Shown piece by piece: positions 56,498 through 64,000 of a stretch of 64,000 nt of DNA. The stretch is taken from assembly GCF_009914755.1 (NCBI RefSeq), contig NC_060930.1; one strand, given 5' to 3'. The notes beneath the pieces were generated by a model, which was not told the DNA's origin, searched no databases, and saw only the letters and a program-made list of their open reading frames with translations. Position 1 is the stretch's first letter. Each line of letters begins with the position of its first letter. Both the position numbers and the translations under genes were made by a program. The stretch comes from the human T2T-CHM13v2.0 reference genome, Homo sapiens.

Positions 56498-57664
56498 GGA
56501 GATAGAGGAGAACGCTATTCCTAGGCAGCATAGTGTTTTATGCTTCCTAGGGTTGCCTAGTCAGATAAATTGAAGAAAAGGAACTTTACAGTGAAATATA
56601 ATCCAAATGCCATAAGGGCTATCAAAAGGCAAAGTGCATTAAAATATTTTATTAGAAACAAGATAGAACAATGGGAAGACTTGAGTAATTGTTTCCAGTC
56701 TACTTTCAATGTGTTTCCTGATGACCAACATCCAACTCATTTCTCCTGGCTCAGTTCAGCTAGTGAGGACTAAGCAGAGGTGTGTTATTCACACCTATTT
56801 AGATGCTGTGTCCTGGATTGTCGAGCACAGCCCTCATTTTAAAGTTCTGCTTCATCGCTCCTTTTAGCACATTCTATTGGATCATAAATCCTTAGTTCTG
56901 GTTCAGACAACATGGCCACTATGTTAGTTTAGGCTGTCTCACTGCTCTAACAGCTACGGTTTCGCCTTATGCTGGCTGGCGTCGAGTTGGGGCTGCACAC
57001 TGTCCTTCGGGGCCCAGCTCTCTTCTTCCTAGTGGCTCTGCTGTTCCCTAGAGTCTCAAGTTCCTTGGGTCCTCTGCATTTGGGTGATGTTTTAGAGACC
57101 AGGCCTGAAAGTGGCAGACATCGCCTCGTCTCCTGGTGGGAGCCCAGCCCCATGACTCCCCTGACTGCAGGGCACGCAGAGCCAGACACAGGGCCAGGAG
57201 GGAAGGAAACACAGCATTCTCTCTGCCCGGCTGCCCATTTAGCACTAGGTGGATTATTAACTCTCTAAACAATGAAGAACACACTGGACTTGAAGAGTGA
57301 GTGCCAACAGGGAAGGGAAGGGACGGCAGCGGAACGTGAGCTCAGGACAGGCTCTAAGCTGGGCCTTGGGACCCATCTCTTGCCCAGGGAAAGGGGGTCT
57401 TTGGAGAACTGTTAGCTCCCTCAGACCAAATGCATTCCCACCACAGCCGAAAGGCCTCCCAGGAACTAGAGCAGTCCACGAGTGAGGCCCGGGAAGAGGA
57501 GTACAGGACAGTCTGCAGATACAGGGGGTCTCAGGTGCAGCTCAGACCTTAGGAATCTGAATATTCCCCCAAGGCCCATTCCACCCCATCCATGCCTGAC
57601 AAAAACACTCCGCTTCTTGATGAGGAAGGAATCATTACCCGGGGCCCAACTGGACTGCCCCCAG

Positions 57665-57963
57665 GGGTGTGTGTAGGGGGGTGGGGGGTGAGTGTGGTTG
57701 TGTGTGTGTTGTGTGGGGGAGTGTGGTTGTGTGCGGGGTGTGTGGTTGTGTGTGGGGTTGTGTGTGGAGTGTTTGTGTTGTGTGTGGTTTGTGTGTGTGT
57801 GTTGTATGTGATGGTGTGGGTGTTGTGTGTGATGGTGTGTGGTGGTGTATGGGATGTGTGTGTGGTTGTGTGTGAGGTGTGTGTGTGGTTGTGTGTGGGT
57901 GTGTGTGGTTGTGTGTGTGGGTGTGTGTGGTTGTGTGTGTGGGTGTGCGTGGTTGTGTGTGTG
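57665..57963 (+). repeat. Complex (TG)n/GT-rich tandem repeat
   Basis: About 300 bp of GTGTGGTTGT-like units. Confidence 0.95.
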
Positions 57964-58108
57964 TCCGGGAATGGCAGGAGAGGGCCGTCACAGTTAATGT
58001 ATATGTTACACTCAGAGAAGACTCTTACCACCAAAGCTCAATTATTTTTCAAACTCTAAATGCAGACAATGTAGCCATATGGAAAAATTGGTTGATGACA
58101 ACAAAATG

Positions 58109-58142
58109 GTTTGTTGTTGTTGTTGTTGTTGTTGTTGTTTTG
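58109..58142 (+). repeat. (TTG)n microsatellite
   Basis: About 9-10 TTG units. Confidence 0.95.
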
Positions 58143-58492
58143 TAGTTTGGTAGATCATCTCTATCTGGCCGAGTATTGTTCAAACCCCCTCCTGAGCCTC
58201 AGCCAGGGACTGCTCTAGCTCCTGGAAGGCCACGTGGCTAGCGTTGGAATGGATTTGGCCCGAGAGAGCTAAAGATTCTCCAAAGAGAATCTTTGTCACA
58301 AATATGTTCCTTTAGCACCAACTTACATGACATGACTTTCGGGTCAAATGCAGGTGACAATGACCGGTCTGTGCCTCACACAGGGTTCCCACCGTCTGCT
58401 TAGGTTTTAAGGTGAAACTGATTCTAATGATGTTTTCAGTCTGTGTGGTTTTGTGTGTGAAACTAAAGGCTTGCTCTAAGAAAGCACATGGG

Positions 58493-58615
58493 GCTGAGGC
58501 AGGAGAATGGCGTGAACCCAGGAGGCGGAGCTTGCAGTGAGCCGAGATCGTGCTACTGCACTCCAGCCTGGGCGACAGAGCAAGACTCCGTCTCAAAAAA
58601 AAAAAAAAAAAAAAA
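58493..58615 (+). mobile_element. 5'-truncated AluY (part of right arm only)
   Basis: gaatggcgtgaaccc...gcggagcttgcag; perfect 12-bp TSD AAAGCACATGGG at 58481-58492 and 58616-58627. Confidence 0.96.
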
Positions 58616-59734
58616 AAAGCACATGGGCAGGCTAATGATGATTTTGTCTCTGAGTTTGAAGGAATTCAGCCAGTGGGCAGAGGGAAAGTCCTCATTGTAG
58701 AAATTAAATTTATATCCCAAGGAAAGTCAGCCTCTTTTTGGAAAATCTCAGGTAGCATCCAAAATTTAGCAAATGGTTTGACCACGAACAGACACCACAT
58801 GGAAACCTAGGAGCAGTCAAAAGACCTGGCAGCCTCCATCTGAGGTACCTGGCTTTGTTCCTCTGTCACCACAGAGCCACCTGCCTAGGGGGCCTTCCCC
58901 ACTCTCTAAAAGCTGAGGGGAAGCACAGACTACCCTGAGATATAGCTCTCAGATTTGCATATTTTTGTTTGACAAATATTTGGAATTATCCTTTTTTAAT
59001 TTGAATGTCTCTTCATAACAAAGACAGGCTTAGAAAAAAATTGATGGGTCAAGAGAGTGGTATAGATTAAAAAGATAAAAAGTACCCAGTTTCCAGTGTA
59101 CCTTTTGTTTGCCAGAGAAAGAAGGAGGAAAGGGAAGCACGGAGGGTGAGAGGAATCATGAGTACAGATATGTCTTCTAAAGGGCACCCAAAAATGACAC
59201 ACACACAACCCTAATCATGGGTTTATGTATAAAGTACCTTAGAATTAAGTCAGAGTCACTGTAGGCTTGGAAAAGTATTCAAGGGGAAATTTAAAATGCA
59301 TTACCTCAAACTTTTGTTAGTATATTTGAAGCTATTCCACTTTAAAACTTGCCATACATTCCCATCTCAAATAACCAAAGGACTTTCAATCTGCTGAAGG
59401 TTCTATTTCAGGTCCTCTAGTTTCCACCACAATCTTCCACTGAAGTCTGCAGAAGCTCCTTCAGTCAGTGGCCTGGAAAACAGTATGGACCCAAGTGTGC
59501 CTGTCTCTCCTTTACTCTGATCTTTCTCACTCTGGGCGCACGCGGTAGCAGCAGCACCCAGCCCCAGTGCACTCTGCTGGGGAAGCAGGGGATGAAGCAT
59601 AAGCGAGAATACGGTGTTTCTCCTTCTTCCCTGCCACCACCATTGCTGAGAAAACTTGTACGGATGTGCCCATCCCAAATGTTCATGAAATGCTCTCACA
59701 TTTATAGGGCAGGCCCCTGCGTGGAAAATGAGGA

Positions 59735-59900
59735 AAAAATACTGGAGTTGAACAAACTGGCTCTGAATCCTGCTTTCCAAGTTACAACTTTGGGCAAATT
59801 ATTTAACCTCTTTAAAACTCAGTTTCTTAATTGGTAAAAGGGGCATTATCACAGTTCATTCAGCATTGCATTGAGATTTAGTGAGCTGGTTGTCAACAGC
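59735..59900 (+). mobile_element. MIR
   Basis: ctgaatcctgct...ctttgggcaaattatttaacctct...ctcagtttctt. Confidence 0.8.
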
Positions 59901-60009
59901 AGATAATCAATTGCATCCATTTATTATGTCCCATCATGGACACATTCTCAAGGACAGCAGCTCTCTGATCACCCTGGCTCTCTACTGCATTAGAAATTTC
60001 TATATTTCT

Positions 60010-60308
60010 TTTTTTGTTGTTTTTTTAGACAGAGTCTTGCTCTATTGCCCAGGCTGGAGTGCAGGGGTGCGATCTTGGCTCAATGCAACCTCCACCTCCC
60101 TGGTTCAAGCAATTCCCCTGCCTCACCTCCCAAGTAGCTGGGATTACAGGCACAGGCCACCACGCCCAGCTAATTCTTTTGTATTTTTAGTAGAGATCGG
60201 GTTTCACCATGTTGGTCAGACCGGTCTTGAACTCCTGACCTCAGGCAATCCGTCTGCCTTGGCCTCCCAAAGTGCTGGGATTACAGGCATGAACCACTGT
60301 ATCTGGCC
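60010..60308 (-). mobile_element. AluS
   Basis: Reverse dimer; 18-bp TSD agaaatttct(a/c)tatttct. Confidence 0.96.
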
Positions 60309-60429
60309 AGAAATTTCTCTATTTCTAATGGATGATTCCCATCAAGACAAAGTCAATCTCCAGTATATCTCTGTTTAAAACTCTGTACCTTGATTTTACA
60401 CCCCATTTCTGTTTTCTTCATAGACAAAC

Positions 60430-60798
60430 TATCTTAGTCCATTTTGCATTGCTATAACAGAATACCACAGACTACCCCAATAGTTTAAAAGCAAAAGAAT
60501 TGTACTTCTTACAGTTCTGGAGGCTGGGAAGTCTAAGAGCATGGCACTGGCATCTTGTGAGAGCCTCTTGCTACATCGTAACACGGTAGAGGGCATCACA
60601 TGGCGAAAGGGGAAGAGGGTGACTGTTAGCTCAGGCCTCCCTTCCTTAAAAAGCCATCAGTCCCATCTTAGGGGCTCCACCCTGATGACCTCATCTAATC
60701 CTAATTACCTCCCAAAGGCCCCACCTGCAATCAACACATGAATTTGGAGATTACATTTTCAACACATGAAATTTGGGGAATACATTCAAACCATAGCA
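60430..60798 (-). mobile_element. MSTC/MLT1A-like LTR
   Basis: tcttagtccattttgcattgctataacagaataccac...tacattcaaaccatagca. Confidence 0.88.
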
Positions 60799-60819
60799 CA
60801 GCTTTTCAAAGATTTATCT

Positions 60820-62325
<1,506 letters not shown>

Positions 62326-62939
62326 AAAAATTATTATATTTAATAATAAAACTTGCACTGCCTACTTCATAGGGTAAGGAAAATCGAACAGAACATGTTA
62401 TTGGAAAATACTTTGCAATTGTAATACAATTAAAGTAAAATATATTAACATTTTACCTACTATGCATATATATTGGTACATTTCAATATATGTGATATCT
62501 CATCCATAAAGGCCATTGATATTTTTTAAAGGAACACATATGTATAATTTTAAAAAATCCTCTTCAGCAAGTTAACTTTACGTGCTAATACCATTAATAT
62601 GGGAGCATGTTTTTATTTATCTAAAATTATATCTATTTACTTTCTGGCAAGCTGTGTTTTACCAGTTGGAATGCTTTTGTCTGTAAGTAACAAAAAAACT
62701 ACAATCAAAGCAACAACAATAACAACTTGACTCAAGCTGACTTAAAGTATAAAATAATAAGGAGCTTTATAATCTCACATAGCAAGAATGCCAGAGGTAG
62801 GTGTAGTACAGGGTTGGTAAACACGGTCCCTCAGAGAGCTCATCTGAGGCTCAGGGTCTCCGATGGACACATCTCTGCACTCTGCTATCCTTAGACAAAG
62901 ACACTCCTTGACTCAGGCTCCTCTGAGCCCGCTCTCGGC

Positions 62940-63360
62940 TGATGGTATAGATGAAGGTGGTGGCAATGGATATAGGGGAAATTGGGAGTTTTAAGATATC
63001 TTTTAAAGCTTGAAACCACAAAACTGACTAAAGAATAGGATGATGGGAAAAGGTAATCAGGGGTGACCATCTAGTTTGAGAAACTGGGTGTGTGGTTGGT
63101 GATGCCACTTACTGAGATGGCGAGGAAGCAGTTTGGGAGGAGGAATCAGGAATTCCATTTTAAACAGGTTACATTTGAGTTGCCTGTGAAGCGTCCAGTA
63201 AGAGGTATTCCTAAGATGATGTAATAGTCAGACTTCATTTCAAAAGAAATATCTGAGTTAGGGATATAATTGGAGTCTTCTCAATTTGCAAATGACATTT
63301 ATAGCCCTGGGAATTAATGAAGTCACCTAAGGAAAGAGTACTGATAAAGAATGGAGTGTG
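62940..63360 (-). mobile_element. L2 fragment
   Basis: gatgccacttactgagatgg...aatcaggaattccattttaaacaggttacatttgag. Confidence 0.75.
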
Positions 63361-63384
63361 GTTAAAGAAGGCAAATGATTTCTT

Positions 63385-64000
63385 TCTGTTTTTAATTTAA
63401 CTTTTATTTTAAGTTCAGGGGTACATGTGTTATATAGGAAAATTTGTGTCATAGGGGATTTGTTGTACAGATTATTTCCTCACCCAGGTACTAAGCCTAG
63501 TATCCAATAGCTATTTTTCCTGATCATTTCCCTCCTTCCACCCTCCATCCTACAATAGGCCCCAGTGTGTGGTGTTCCCCACCATTTGTCCATGTGTTCT
63601 CATCATTTAGCTCCCTCTTACAAGTAAGAGCATGCAGTATTTGGTTTTCTGTTCCTGCATTAGTTTGCTAAGGATGATGCCCTGCAGCTCCATCCATGTT
63701 CCTGAAAAGGACATGATCTCATTCTTTCGTATGGCTGCGTCGCCGTCTATGGTGTATATACAGCATATTCTCTGTATCCAGTCTACTAATGATGCACAGT
63801 TACGTTGATTCCATGCTTTTGCTATTGTGAGTAGTGCTGCAGTGAATATACATGTGCAGGTGTCTTTACAATAGAATGATTTATATTGCTTTGGGCAGTA
63901 TGGCCATTTTAATGATATTGATTCTTCCTATTCATGAGCATGGAATGTTTTTCCATTTGTGTCATCTCTGATTTCTTTGAGCAGTGTTTTGTAGTTGTCC
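63385..64000 (-). mobile_element. L1PA (about PA13-16) 3' end with internal deletion near 63890; runs off the window
   Basis: aacttttattttaagttcaggggtacatgtg...cacccaggtactaagcctagta 3'UTR, then a jump to gggcagtatggccatttt. Confidence 0.92.

Noticed and set aside
57549-58145. Long His/Thr- and Val/Cys-rich ORFs
   Set aside because: Translation artefacts of the GT repeat.

Overview
Human genomic DNA (inferred from primate Alu/L1/THE1 elements and a human-specific AluYg6), mostly interspersed repeats: L1, Alu, MaLR/ERV LTRs, L2/MIR and DNA transposons. It also holds a full-length GAPDH processed pseudogene (34028-35330). No intact protein-coding gene is visible, and almost all ORFs in the track are chance or repeat-derived. 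The main unexpected signal is a chain of decayed, partly splice-site-bounded segments on the minus strand in the unique DNA at about 50100-44500, with possible extensions to about 40000. Their conceptual translations hit STRA6/STRA6L (RBP4-receptor/retinol-transporter family) motifs in the correct order, and several stops lie one substitution from the conserved residue. I interpret this as a candidate unitary pseudogene of a divergent STRA6-family paralog. The comparison used family sequences recalled from memory and needs tBLASTn/HMM confirmation. Repeat subfamily names are also by-eye calls.
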